The notes under the pieces are model-generated. The model ran no database searches and was not told where the DNA came from. It saw only the letters and a program-made list of their open reading frames with translations. A program made the position numbers and the translations under genes. Shown in pieces: positions 13,010 through 25,740 of a stretch of DNA of 64,000 nt. The DNA comes from Octopus sinensis. Lineage: Eukaryota. The DNA lies in NCBI RefSeq assembly GCF_006345805.1, contig NC_042997.1, positions 182,466,001 through 182,530,000 on the forward strand, given 5' to 3'. Numbering within the stretch: the stretch's first letter is position 1; every line of letters begins with the position of its first letter.

Positions 13010-13200
13010 AGATACACATAAACACACATTATACATAGAATGGGTTTCTTTCAGTTTCCATCTACCAAATCCGCTCAAAATGTTTGGTCAGCCCAGGCTA
13101 AAGCAGAAGATACATTCCTAAGATAGCATGAAATAGGCCTGATCCTAAACCATGCAATTGTAAAGGGAGCATCTTAACCACACAGGTAGACCTGTACCTA
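13010..13200 (-). mobile_element. Degenerate tRNA-derived SINE (5' half)
   Basis: Reverse complement of the SINE at 49.85-50.23 kb (…tttcagtttccatctaccaaatcc…). Confidence 0.6.
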
Positions 13201-13928
13201 TCAGGTTGCAATGAACTATATTCTGACATGAACATCAAATAAAGAAAATTTGCATCTTAGAACAACTAATTGCTGTTAAATGAAAGTAATAAATCAATAT
13301 TATTGTCAAGAATGTAGCAAAGGTAGATCTGAAGAGTGAGTTACATGACGGTGCTTATGATAATTGTCTCTAATGAAGCCAAAATGTCACACATTGTGGG
13401 GTAGTTGGTCAAATAAATAGACCCCCAACACTTGACTTGGACGATATTTTATCAATCCCAGAAGGATGACAGGTAAAGTTGACCATGGCAAATTGAACTT
13501 TGAATGAGAAGAGCTGCAATAAATACAGCAGAGTATTTGGTCCTATGTCTGAATGATTCAGCCAATGCAAATAATAATGATAATTGTTTTGTAGGAAATT
13601 CAGAGCTGAAAAAAAAAAATGATTTCCTCATCATGAGAGAATTGCTTGATGTCATTCATCTGTCTCTATTTGTTTTTTGTTTTCATAATTACATCTTAAT
13701 ATGTACATTATATATGTGGGTGTGTGTAAAGGTAAGATCCAAAGATCAAGGTGTAGGAAGTTAGTGAGCTTCAAGCAATCTGTAGATCTATAAAACAACA
13801 TTCAGGAACAAGAGCAGTTTATTGGCAAAGGTTGTGAATTTTTCTCATCAATGTATGAGAAGCTGAAAAAAGTTAATTTTATAGTTCATGGTTAGCAATG
13901 CGTTGTTGTATATGTAAGCAAATATCCA

Positions 13929-14033
13929 AAACATTTTGGATATATATATATATATATATATACATACATACACACATACATATATACACATACATACACA
14001 TATATACATACATATATATAAACATACATACAC

Positions 14034-14078
<45 letters not shown>

Positions 14079-14275
14079 TACATATATACACACACACACA
14101 CACACATATATACATACATATATATAAATATACACATGTATATATGTATGCACATCATGACGATACATACACGCATATATATATATATATACCAACATAT
14201 ATACACACATACATATTTTTTTATTTGTTCTCACACATGTGTGTGTATATATATACATACACACACACATACATA
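13929..14275. repeat. Compound (TA/CA/TACA)n microsatellite
   Basis: Directly visible; source of the overlapping Y/I/H/C-rich pseudo-ORFs. Confidence 0.95.
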
Positions 14276-14279
14276 CGCA

Positions 14280-15420
14280 ATGGTGGGTGTTAAAGTAGCT
14301 TCTCAACAACTCAAGTGCAAATGTGATACATCCTCAACTTTGCAAAAGCCTTTGATAAAACCAACCATTGTATATCATATTACAAACTTTGCGATTTCGG
14401 CATTGTCAGCAAACTTGGAGAGTGGCTACATGACTTTCTAAAAGATAGACGTCAAGCAATGGTGGCCAATGGAACTACCTCAAAGGAAACACAAATAGTA
14501 AGTAGTATTCCATGGGGCACTCTCTTAGGGCCACTGCTATTCATAATGGCCCTCTCAGACATGCCCTCAGCTGCTCAGATAGCCACTCTCACTCGTTATG
14601 CAGATGACACAAAAGTTTTTAACATGATTCAGAACCTTGGAAATATTGTGCATCCTGAACAGGAGTTGGACACCATATACAGGTGGGCTGAGAACAATAA
14701 CATGTCATTGGATGCTGGAAAATTCCAAGCTCTGTGCAACAAGCACACAAAGCTGAATAGCATGCAGACAAGATACACTGGTCCAAGAGGAATTGCAAAC
14801 CCCAAATCAAAATTGGTGCATGACATGAGCATTGGCATGAGTAATGATGCATCTTTCCAGGTGCATATTATTAATTTGGCAATAAAATATAGATGGATAG
14901 CTGGATGGATTCTCTGAACTCACAGAAGAAGAGGAAAGGAAAGTATGATGGTCCTTTGGAGGATATATATTCTCAGCCACTTGGACTACTACACCTAACT
15001 ATGATCAGCATACAGTATAAAATTAACGGTGGAATTCCAAGCAATCCAATGAAGAAAATCATCTCAGTGCAACATATCAGCTAATGGGAAAGGCTGAGAG
15101 TGTTGAGACTCTTCTCCCTAAAATAAAGGCAGGAAAGATATGCAGTGATATACATCTGGAAAACCCTGGAAGAACTTTATCAAACTTTAGCATTAAAAAT
15201 TACACAAACAACAGAATGGGGCACCACTGCATAGGGCCAATGATCCCACCATCACCATCAAAATACAGGACTAGATACTGCAACAGTTTGGGTTTCAAAG
15301 GCCCACACCTCTTCAATATCTTTCTAACATCCTTGAGAGAGCTGCATGGTATGGATAGAGGCATCGGCAAAACAAAACTAGAACGCCTCATGTCAAGGGT
15401 TTTGGATGAACCTACATCAT
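14280..15420 (+). mobile_element. CR1/L2-group LINE family A, 5'-truncated RT fragment with frameshifts
   Basis: AKAFDK…GIVSKLGEWLHDFL, SSIPWGTLLGPLLFIM and RYADDTK motifs (ORF 14459-14917) plus C-terminal pieces at 14893-15422. Confidence 0.9.
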
Positions 15421-15601
15421 AAATATATATCTATGTTTATATGTACATATATATGTAGGTATGTATGTATCTGTATATATACTTATATATGTATCTGTAT
15501 GTGTACTTAGATAGGTATCTATGTGTGTACTTAGGTATCTATGTGCGTACTTAGATATGTATCTATATACGTATGTATATATGTGTGTATATATGTACTT
15601 C

Positions 15602-15746
15602 TATATGTACGGGTGCATCTATGTACTTCTATACGTACAGATGGTGTCTACATGCTCCGATATGTACAGAGGTGTCTACCAACTTTGATATGTACGGAGG
15701 GGTCTATGTACCGCGATACGTATGGAGTGGAGTCTGTGTACTTCTG
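15602..15746. repeat. Degenerate ~29-bp minisatellite (5 units) inside microsatellite DNA
   Basis: Units begin ATA(T/C)GTA(C/T) and carry a G-rich core followed by TCTA/TCTG. Confidence 0.6.
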
Positions 15747-15764
15747 TATGTATGTATATATATA

Positions 15765-17245
15765 TAGTAAAAGCAGATAAAGAAGCCTGGGCTATAGACA
15801 GTATAAAATCTAACCCCAGAGCTTTCTGCAAGCTTGCCATAGAAACTGCTTAAGTGCACTGCAAGATAGGGTCACTCCTCGAAAAAGATGGTACACTCAC
15901 AGGAAACCCAATGAAGATAAGTGAAATACTAAATGAGCAATTCAAAAGTATTTTCACTCCACTCCTAGGATACTTGCAAGTCAGCAATCCAACTGACTTC
16001 TTTACCACTACAGATATAAAAACAGAGGCAGTGATGATCGATTACATCAATATAAAGGAAAACGATGTAATAAGGCCTATAGATGAAATGAACCAGAAAC
16101 TCAGCTACTGGTCCTGGTAGATTCCCAGCAATCTGTCTAAAAGTATGTGAGCGAGTCCTAGCAAGACCACTGCAGCCCTCTTTCAGAGCTTCCTTGCAAC
16201 TGGCAAACTTCCAAGAAAAATGAAGGAGGGTAAAATATGCCCTATTCATAAAGGAGGTAGCAGAGCAGAGGCCAAGAACTACAGACCTATATCTCTGACC
16301 TCACACATCAGCAAGGTCATGGAACAAATACTCAGAAGAAAACTAATTGTCTTCCTTGAAGAAAATGACTTGCTGCCCGACATCCAACATGGTTTCCAAC
16401 CAGGAAGCTGCCTGACTCAGCTCTTACTATACTATGACTTGGTGCTGAAACATCTGTTCAACCACTCAAATGTGGAAGTGATATATCTCGACTTTAGAAA
16501 GGCCTTTGATAAAGTCAATCATGGAATGATATGTCACAAAGTCCATGATCTCGGCATAGTTGGAAAATTGGGAGAATAGCTTCATGAATGACAATGAAGT
16601 GCAGGCGGCTGACCAGATAGATTCTTAAAACTTTTAGAACAAGAAATCAAGAAACCGTGATGGTCCTCTGGAGGACACTTGTCGCAAGCCACTTTGTCTA
16701 TTGCTCTCAGCTATGGTCACCAACCAGTATCAAATTAATCTCAGAACTTGAAGCAATCCAATGAAGCTACACGAAGAAGATAGCCTCTATGCAGCATATA
16801 AGCTACTGGGAAGACTCAAGAGATTAAGACTCTATTCCTTAGAGCATAGGCAAGAAAGATAAGCCATAATATACATCTTGAAGGACTTGTCCCAAACTTT
16901 GGCATCGAGAGTTACACAAATAATGGAACTTGGCACCGCTGCATAGTGCCAAGCACTCCAAATTTGCCATCAAGATGTATAAGATACTGCAATAGCCTGG
17001 GCTTCAGCGGTCCACAACTCTCCAATATCCTCCTGAAGGGCCTCAGAGACCTGCATAAGTTGGATGTATGTGTCTTCAAAATAAAGCTGTCAATTGTCCC
17101 GGATGAGCCAACTTTACAGCAGGAGGTGCAGATGAGGGCAGCAGCATCAAACTCCCCCATGCACCAAATGTCAATTCTTAAAATGCATTTCTGAAGTAAA
17201 ATTATATGGCAACACCAAGTGGCGGTGCCCCAGTATGGCCACTAG
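15765..17245 (+). mobile_element. CR1/L2-group LINE family A copy with an internal deletion of the RT core
   Basis: KNYRPISLTSHISKVME…QHGF…YLDFRKAFDKV (16220-16579) jumps at ~16590 to the post-RT region; ends with GGCGGTGCCCCAGTATGGCC at 17221-17240. Confidence 0.9.
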
Positions 17246-19486
17246 ATATAATAATTTGTATATATATATGAAACTAGATATACTAATATATATATATTTA
17301 TATATATGAAACTAGATATAATATATATATATATGTGTATGTGTGTGTGTATATGTGTATGTGTGTGTATATATGTATGTATATATGTGTGTGTGTGTGT
17401 GTATATATGTATGTATATATGTGTGTGTTGTGTGTGTATATGTATGTATATATGTGTGTGTGTGTGTGTGTATATATGTATGTATATATGTGTGTGTGTG
17501 TGTATATATGTATGTATATATGTGTGTGTGTGTGTGTATATGTATGTATATAGTGTGTGTGTGTGTGTATATGGTGTATATATGTGTGTGTGTGTGTATA
17601 TATGTATGTATATATATGTGTGTGTGTGTATATATGTATGTATATATGTGTGTGTGTGTGTGTGTGTATATATGTATGTATATATATGTGTGTGTGTGTG
17701 TATATATGTATGTATATATGTGTGTGTGTGTGTATATGTATGTATATATATGTGCGTGTGTGTATATATGTATGTATATATATGTGTGTGTGTGTGTGTG
17801 TATATATATGTATGTATATATATGTGTGTGTGTGTGTGTATATATGTATGTATATATATGTGTGTGTGTGTGTGTATATATGTATGTATATATATATGTG
17901 TGTGTGTGTATATATGTATGTATATATATGTGTGTGTGTATATATGTATGTATATATATGTGTGTATATATGTATGTATGTATATATATGTGTGTATATA
18001 TGTATGTATGTATATATATGTGTGTGTATATATGTATGTATATATATGTGTGTGTATATATGTATGTATATATATGTGTGTGTGTATATATATATGTATA
18101 TATATGTGTGTGTGTGTATATATGTATGTATATGTATGTATATATGTGTATGTATAGATATGTATGTATGTATATAGATATGTATGTATGTATATATATA
18201 TGTATGTATATATATGTAGATATATATATGTATGTATATGTATGTATGTATATGTATGTATGTATATATATATGTATGTGTATGGATGTATGTATATATA
18301 CATATATATATACATAAATATATATATGTATATATATGTATGTATATATATATGTATGTATATGTATGTATATATATATGTATGTATATGTATGTATATA
18401 TATATGTATGTATATGTATGTATATATATATACATATATGTATATATATGTGTATGTATATATATATGTATATATATGTATGTATATATATATGTATGTA
18501 TATATATATGTATGTATATATATATATGTATGTATATATATATATATATATGTATGTTATATATATGTATGTATATATATATGTATGTATATATATCTAT
18601 GTATATGTATGTATATATATATGTATGTATATGGATGTATGTATGTATATATATATGTTATATGGATGTATGTATATATACATATATATACATAAATATT
18701 ATATAAATATATATGTATATATATTTATATATGTATGTATATATATGTATATATATATTGTATATATATATATGTATATATAATATATGTATATATATAT
18801 ATGTTTATGTATATATATGTATATATATATGTATATATATATATGTATATATATATAATGTATTATATATATGTATATAATATGTATGTATATTATATAT
18901 GTATATATATATGTATGTATATATTGTATGTATATATATGTATGTATATATATGTATGTTATATAATGTAGTATATATATGTATGTATATAATTGTATGT
19001 ATATATATATGTATGTATATATATATGTAGTGTTTAATATATGTATGTATTATATGTATGTATATGTATGTATATATATATGTATGTATTTATGTATGTA
19101 TGATTGATTGATTGATTCTAGTTTATATATTATGTATATATGTATGTATATTATATATATGTATGTATATGTATGTATATGTAGTATATATATGTATGTA
19201 TAATGTATATTATATATGTATATATGTAAATATGTATGTATGTATATATGTATATATTGTATGTATGTATTATATATATGTAGTATATATGTATGTAATG
19301 TATATGTTATGTATATATATGTATGTATATATTATATGTATATATATGTATATGTAATATTGTATATATATTATATGTATGTATATATGTATGTATATAT
19401 ATGTTATATATATATATATAATGTATGTATATATATGTATGTATAATATGTAGTACATTACATATATGTATGTACTATATGTATAT

Positions 19487-19517
<31 letters not shown>

Positions 19518-19581
19518 GTATGTACATTACATATATGTATGTACATATATGTATATAATATATAATATGTATTACATATAT

Positions 19582-19620
<39 letters not shown>

Positions 19621-19725
19621 ATGTATGTATATGTATATGTATGTGTTATAATTATGCATAAGCTATATATGTGTATATATATGTGTGTGTAATATTATAT
19701 ATATATTTTGTATATATATTGTGTG

Positions 19726-19773
<48 letters not shown>

Positions 19774-20014
19774 TGTATATATATTTATATATGTATGTAT
19801 ATATATGTATATATATATATGTATATATATATATGTATATATATATATATGTATATATATATATGTATGTATATATATGTATATATATATGTATATATAT
19901 ATATATATATCTATATATGTATATATATATATGTATATATATATTGTATATATATATGTTATATATATGTATGTATAATATGTATGTATATATATGTAAG
20001 TATATATATGTATG

Positions 20015-20050
<36 letters not shown>

Positions 20051-20089
20051 TGTATGTATATATATATGTATGTATATATATCTGTATGT

Positions 20090-20120
<31 letters not shown>

Positions 20121-20234
20121 GTATGTATATATATATGTATGTATTTATGTATGTATGATTGATTGATTGATTCTAGTTTATATATATATGTATATATATG
20201 TATGTATATATATATATATGTATGTATATGTATG

Positions 20235-20265
<31 letters not shown>

Positions 20266-20329
20266 GTATATGTATATATGTATATATGTATATGTATGTA
20301 TGTATATGTAATATATGTATGTATGTAAT

Positions 20330-20363
<34 letters not shown>

Positions 20364-20430
20364 GTATAATTATGTTATATATGTATGTATATGTATATGT
20401 ATATATATGTATATGTATTATATGTATATG

Positions 20431-20467
<37 letters not shown>

Positions 20468-20473
20468 GTATAT

Positions 20474-20513
<40 letters not shown>

Positions 20514-20547
20514 GTATGTACATTACATATATGTATGTACATATATG

Positions 20548-20584
<37 letters not shown>

Positions 20585-20785
20585 GTATGTACATTACATA
20601 TATGTATGTACATATATGTATATATATATATATGTATGTACATATATGTATATAATATATGTATGTATATATATGTATTATATATATGTATGTATATGTA
20701 TATGTATGTGTATATATGTATGCATACATATATATGTGTATATATATGTGTGTGTATAATATATATATATATATGTGTAATATAT

Positions 20786-20848
<63 letters not shown>

Positions 20849-20858
20849 ATATATATAT
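17246..20858. repeat. ~3.6-kb compound microsatellite field with higher-order subunits
   Basis: (TG)n/TATGTATA blocks; (GATT)4CTAGTTT landmark occurs twice (~19101 and ~20157); some stretches look noisy. Confidence 0.95.
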
Positions 20859-21071
20859 CTGACCCTATAGGTTCAAGAAGTCTTTGGACAGATTCCTTCA
20901 AGAAATCCCGGTAAACCCCCTACACCTGGATATGTCTCTGTAAACAATAACTCTCTACTTGAGTGGGCCATAGTGCCCAAATTCTGACTTGAAAGACTTC
21001 ACCAGGTGGTGCTATTAAGTTAGACATGGCCTGGGCCAATAATGGCCGAAACCTATCAAAGTATCAAAGTA
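20859..21071 (+). mobile_element. CR1-like LINE family B, short 3'-end copy
   Basis: Near-identical to the reverse complements of 25741-25963 and 27570-27792; ends in an 8-bp (TATCAAAG)n tail. Confidence 0.85.
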
Positions 21072-21254
21072 TATATATATATATATGTATATGTATATAT
21101 ATATGTATATATATATGTATATGTATATATGTATATATATATGTATATGTATATATATATATGTATATATATATATGTATATGTATATATATATATGTAT
21201 ATGTATATATGTATATGGATATATGTGTGTGTCTATATGTATATATGTGTGTGT

Positions 21255-21435
21255 GTCACGTAAAAAGCACCCACTACACTCACGGAGTGGTTGGCGTTAG
21301 GAAGGGCATCCAGCTGTAGAAACATTGCCAGATTAGACTGGAGCCTGGTGCAGCCTTCTGGCTCCCAACCCCGGTCGAACCGTCCAACCCATGCTAGCAT
21401 GGAGAACGGACGTTAAACGACGATGATGATGATGA
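21255..21435 (+). mobile_element. RTE-family 3'-end fragment
   Basis: GGTTGGCGTTAGGAAGGGCATCCAGCTGTAGAAAC…CATGCTAGCATGG…(GAT)n tail. Confidence 0.85.
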
Positions 21436-21525
21436 TATATATATGTGTGTGTGTGTGTGTGTGTATATGTATATATAGTGTGTATCTGTATATATATATT
21501 GTGTGTATATGTATATATATATATG

Positions 21526-21596
21526 TAGCAACACCGAATGGCGGTGCCCCAGCATGGCCACAGCTTGTGAGCTAAAACTAGATAAAATAAAATAAA

Positions 21597-21600
<4 letters not shown>
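21526..21600 (+). mobile_element. Family A LINE tail-only fragment
   Basis: GCAACACCGAATGGCGGTGCCCCAGCATGGCCACAGC matches the 3' ends at 17.2 and 22.4 kb. Confidence 0.7.
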
Positions 21601-21656
<56 letters not shown>

Positions 21657-21671
21657 ATATATATATATATA

Positions 21672-22490
21672 CAGTGCGTGACCTGGGCATTGACATGAGC
21701 AATGATGCATCTCAGTGCGTGACCTGGGCATTGACATGAGCAATGATGCATCTTTCCAAATGCATATTGCTAATCTGGTGATAAAATGCAGACGGCTAGC
21801 TGGATGGATTCTCCGAACTTTCAGAACAAGAGAGAAGGAGACACTGATGGTCCTATGGAAAACATTTGTCCTCAGCCGCTGGACTACTGCTCCCAACTTT
21901 GGTCACCACACAATATAAAACAAACAGCAGAACTCGAAGCAACTCAGAGAAGCTACTCAAAGAAAATCGTCTCAATGCAAAATGTCAGCTACTGGGAAAG
22001 ACTGAAGGTATTAAAACATCTTCTCCCTGGAGCGGAGGCGGGAGAGATATGCAGTGATATACATCTGGAAAATCCTGGAGGGTCTTGTCCCAAACTTTGG
22101 CATTCAAAGTTACTCTCAACCGCAGAACGGGGCGCCGCCTCTGTGGTGCCAAGGATTCCAACATCACCATCAAAATACAGGTCCAGATACTGCAACAGCT
22201 TGGGTTTCAGAGGACCACAGCTCTTAACATCCTCCTAAATGCCTGAGAGACTTACATGGTGTGGATGTGGGTTTCTTTAAAACTAAACTGGATCTCTTCT
22301 TGTTGGGAGTCCCAGATGAACCTACCTCACGACAGGAGACACGGATGCGGGCAGCAGCATCGAACTCCCTTGTTGATCAAGTGCCACGTATCAGAGGTGG
22401 ATTCACAAACATAGTGTAGCTCATTCAGCGGTGGTGCCCCAGCATGGCCGCGGCCTTCGGGCTAAAACATTTTTAAGGATTTAAGGATTT
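21672..22490 (+). mobile_element. Family A LINE, 5'-truncated, with a 41-bp tandem duplication at the truncation point
   Basis: RDLGIDMSNDASF…WILRTFRTRE…YCSQLWSP; 21672-21712 is repeated at 21713-21753; short-repeat tail at ~22470-22490. Confidence 0.9.
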
Positions 22491-25166
22491 CCTATTTATC
22501 ATAGTCCTCCAGGCAATAACGGAGGAATTCAAGACAGGTTGCCCCTGGGAGCTCCTCTATGCTGATGACCTTGCTCTAATTGCTGAGTCACTATCAGAAC
22601 TGGAGGAGAAGTTCCAGGTGTGGAAACAAGGATTAGAATCGAAGGGCCTTAGAATCAACCTAGCCAAAACCAAAGTTCTAATAAGTAGAAGGTAGATCAA
22701 TCACAAATGCCTTCAGGTAGATGGCCCTGCTCGATCTGTAAAAAAGGTGTAGGTAGAAACTCTATAAGATGCACCAAGTGTAAGCTATGGACACATAAGA
22801 GGTGCAGCAATGTCAAAGGAAGGCTAACTAGGAAAATAGTTTTTGTCTGTGGCAAATGCTCAGGAGCAATAAACACTGGAAATATGCAGAGACCAACTTC
22901 TGCCACGTTCCAGGGAGACAAACTAGAAGTAGTTGATAGCTTCCGCTACCTAGGAGACCAAGTCAGTAGCGGGGGGGGGTGTGCTGAAAGTGTAACTGCT
23001 AGAGTAAGAATAGCCGGGCAAAGTTTAGAGAGCTCTTACCCCTGCTGGTGACAAAAGGCCTCTCGCTCAGAGTAAAAGGCAGACTGTATGATGCATGTGT
23101 ACGTACAGCCATGCTACATGGTAGTGAAACATGGGCCGTGACTGCTGAGGATATGCGTAAGCTCGCAAGAAATGAAGCCAGTATGCTCCGATGGATGTGT
23201 AATGTCAGTGTTCATAATCGTCAGAGTGTAAGTTCCTTGAGAGAAAAGCTGAACCTAAGAAGCGTCAGTTGTGGCGTGCAAGAGAGACGGCTGCGCTGGT
23301 ATGGTCATGTGACAAGAAAGGCTGAAGATAGTTGTGTGCAAAAGTGCTACACCCTAGCAGTGGAGGGAACCTGTGGAAGAGGTAGACCCAGGAAAACCTG
23401 GGACGAGGTGGTGAAGCACGACCTTCGAACTTTAGGTCTCACTAAGGAAATGTCTAGAGACCGAGACCTATGGAAGTATGCTGTGCATGAGAAGACCCGG
23501 CAAGACTAGACTAGTCAGGCCATAACCCGTGGCCCCGACCTGGGACGTAGTCAGTCCTGTGCATACCTTCCTTCTTGTGACACTTATGAAGACCTGTGAG
23601 GCAAGTGAAAATCAAATCAAATCAAAACAAATCAAAATAGATGAAACATCAGTGGAATGTTGATTCTTTGTGGTACCAGTGCGGTGGCACACAAGAAAAC
23701 CACCCAAACGTGGCCGTAACCAGTACGCATCGACTGGCCTCCGTGCTGTGGGCACAACAAACACCATCCGATCGTGGCCGTTCGCCAGCCTCATCTGGCA
23801 CCTGTGCCGGTGGCACATAAAGACACCATCCGAAGACCCGGCGACGTAGTCAGTCCACCTGTGCATACCTTCCCTCTTATGACACTTGTGAAGACCTGTT
23901 GAGGCAAGTGAAAATCAAACCAAATCAAAATAGATGAATATCAATGGAATTTGTATCTTTGTGGTTCCAGTACCGGTGGCACACAAGAAAACCATCCGAA
24001 GTGGCCGTAGCTGGTACCGCATCGACTGGCCTCCGTGCTGTGGGCACAACAAACACCATCTGATCGTGGCCGTTCGCCAGCCTCACCTGGCACCTGTGTC
24101 GGTGGCACATAAAAACACCATCCAAAGACCCGGCGACGTAGTCAGTCCACCTGTGCATACCTTCCCTCTTATGACACTTGTGAAGACCTGTTGAGGCAGA
24201 GGCAAGTGTGTGACACTTGTGAAGACCTGTTGAGGCAGAGGCAAGTGTGTGACACTTGTGGAGACCTGTTGAGGCAAGTGTGTGACACGCGTGACACTTG
24301 TGAAGACCTGTTGAGGCAAGTGAAAATCAAACCAAATCAAAATAGATGAACATCAATGGAATTTGTATCTTTGTGGTTCCAGTACCGGTGGCACACAAGA
24401 AAACCATCCGATCGTGGCCGTTCGCCAGCCACATCTGGCACCTGTGTCGGTGGCACATAAAGACACCATCCGAAGACCCGGCGACGTAGACAGTCCACCT
24501 GTGCATACCTTCCTTCTTGTGACACTTGTGAAGACCTTGAGGCAAGGCAAGTGACACTTGTGAAGACCTGTTGAGGCAAGTGAAAATCAAATCAAATCAA
24601 AACAAATCAAAATAGATGAGCATAAATGGAATTTGTATCTTTGTGGTACCAGTGCCGGTGGCACACAAGAAAATCATCCGAACGTGGCCGTAGCCAGTAC
24701 CGCATAGACTGGCCTCCGTGCTTGGGGACGTAACAAACACCATCCGATCGTGGCCGTCCGCCAGCCTCATCTGGCACCTGTGTCGGTTGTGGCACATAAA
24801 AACACCATCCGAGCGTGGCCGTCTGCCAGCCTCATCTGGCACCTGTGTCGGTGGCACATAAAAAAACCATCCGAGCGTGGCCGTCTGCCAGCCTCGTCTG
24901 GCACCTGTGTCGGTGGCACATAAAAACACCATCCGAGCGTGGCCGTTCGCCAGCCTCGTCTGGCACCTGTGTCGGTGGCACATAAAATCACCCACTACAC
25001 TCTCGGAGTGGTTGGCGTTAGGAAGGGCATCCAGCTGTAGAAACACTGCCAGATCTGACTGGCCTGGTGCAGCCTTCGGGCTCCCCAGACCCCAGTTGAA
25101 CCGTCCAACCCATGCTAGCATGGAAAACGGACGCTAAATGATGATGATGATGATGATGATGATGAT
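22489..25166 (+). mobile_element. RTE-clade LINE, 5'-truncated, with an expanded 3' UTR
   Basis: GCPWELLYADDLALIAES at the 5' end, Cys-rich WPCSICKKGVG segment (22707-23051), LHGSETW…RLRWYGHV…GRGRPRKTW (23048-23509), (GAT)n tail. Confidence 0.93.
23545..25000 (+). repeat. Higher-order tandem array in the RTE 3' UTR (~290-350-bp units containing ~60-bp subunits and a 39-bp sub-repeat)
   Basis: Junction AAGACCCGGCGACGTAG recurs at ~23833, ~24125 and ~24473; 39-bp unit TGACACTTGTGAAGACCTGTTGAGGCAGAGGCAAGTGTG spans 24172-24322. Confidence 0.9.
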
Positions 25167-25392
25167 ATATACATGTATGTATATATACATGTATGTATAT
25201 ATCCGTGTATGTATATATATATATATATATACGTGTATGTATATATATATATATATATACATGTATGTATGTATATATATATATATACATGTATGTATGT
25301 ATATAATATATATATACATGTATGTATGTATATAATATATATATGTATGTATGTATGTATGTATATATATATATATATACATGTATGTATGT

Positions 25393-25426
<34 letters not shown>

Positions 25427-25434
25427 ATGTATAT

Positions 25435-25700
25435 ATCATCATCATCATTTAGCGTCCGTTTTCCATGCTAGCATGGGTTGGACGGTTCAACTGGGGTCTG
25501 GGGAGCCCGAAGGCTGCACCAAGCCAGTCAGATCTGGCAGTGTTTCTACAGCTGGATGCCCTTCCTAACGCCAACCACTCCGAGAGTGTAGTGGATGATT
25601 TTATGTGCCACCGACACAGGTGCCAGACGAGGCTGGCGAACGGCCACGCTCGGATGGTGTTTTTATGTGCCACCGACACAGGTGCCAGATGAGGCTGGCA
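25435..25700 (-). mobile_element. Inverted near-identical copy of the RTE 3' end
   Basis: Reverse complement of 24886-25145; I see three differences. Confidence 0.9.
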
Positions 25701-25740
25701 TATATATATATATATATACATGTATGTATGTATATATATA

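Noticed and set aside
13595-13731. In-frame cassette exon candidate (tttgtag|GAAATT…AAG|gtaaga)
   Set aside because: The second half is a T-run and TG-repeat sequence typical of introns; at best a cryptic exon.
23545-25000. CRISPR-like repeat/spacer appearance of the ~60-bp units
   Set aside because: Units are contiguous diverged tandem repeats with no unique spacers, sit in a LINE 3' UTR in a eukaryotic context, and there are no cas genes.
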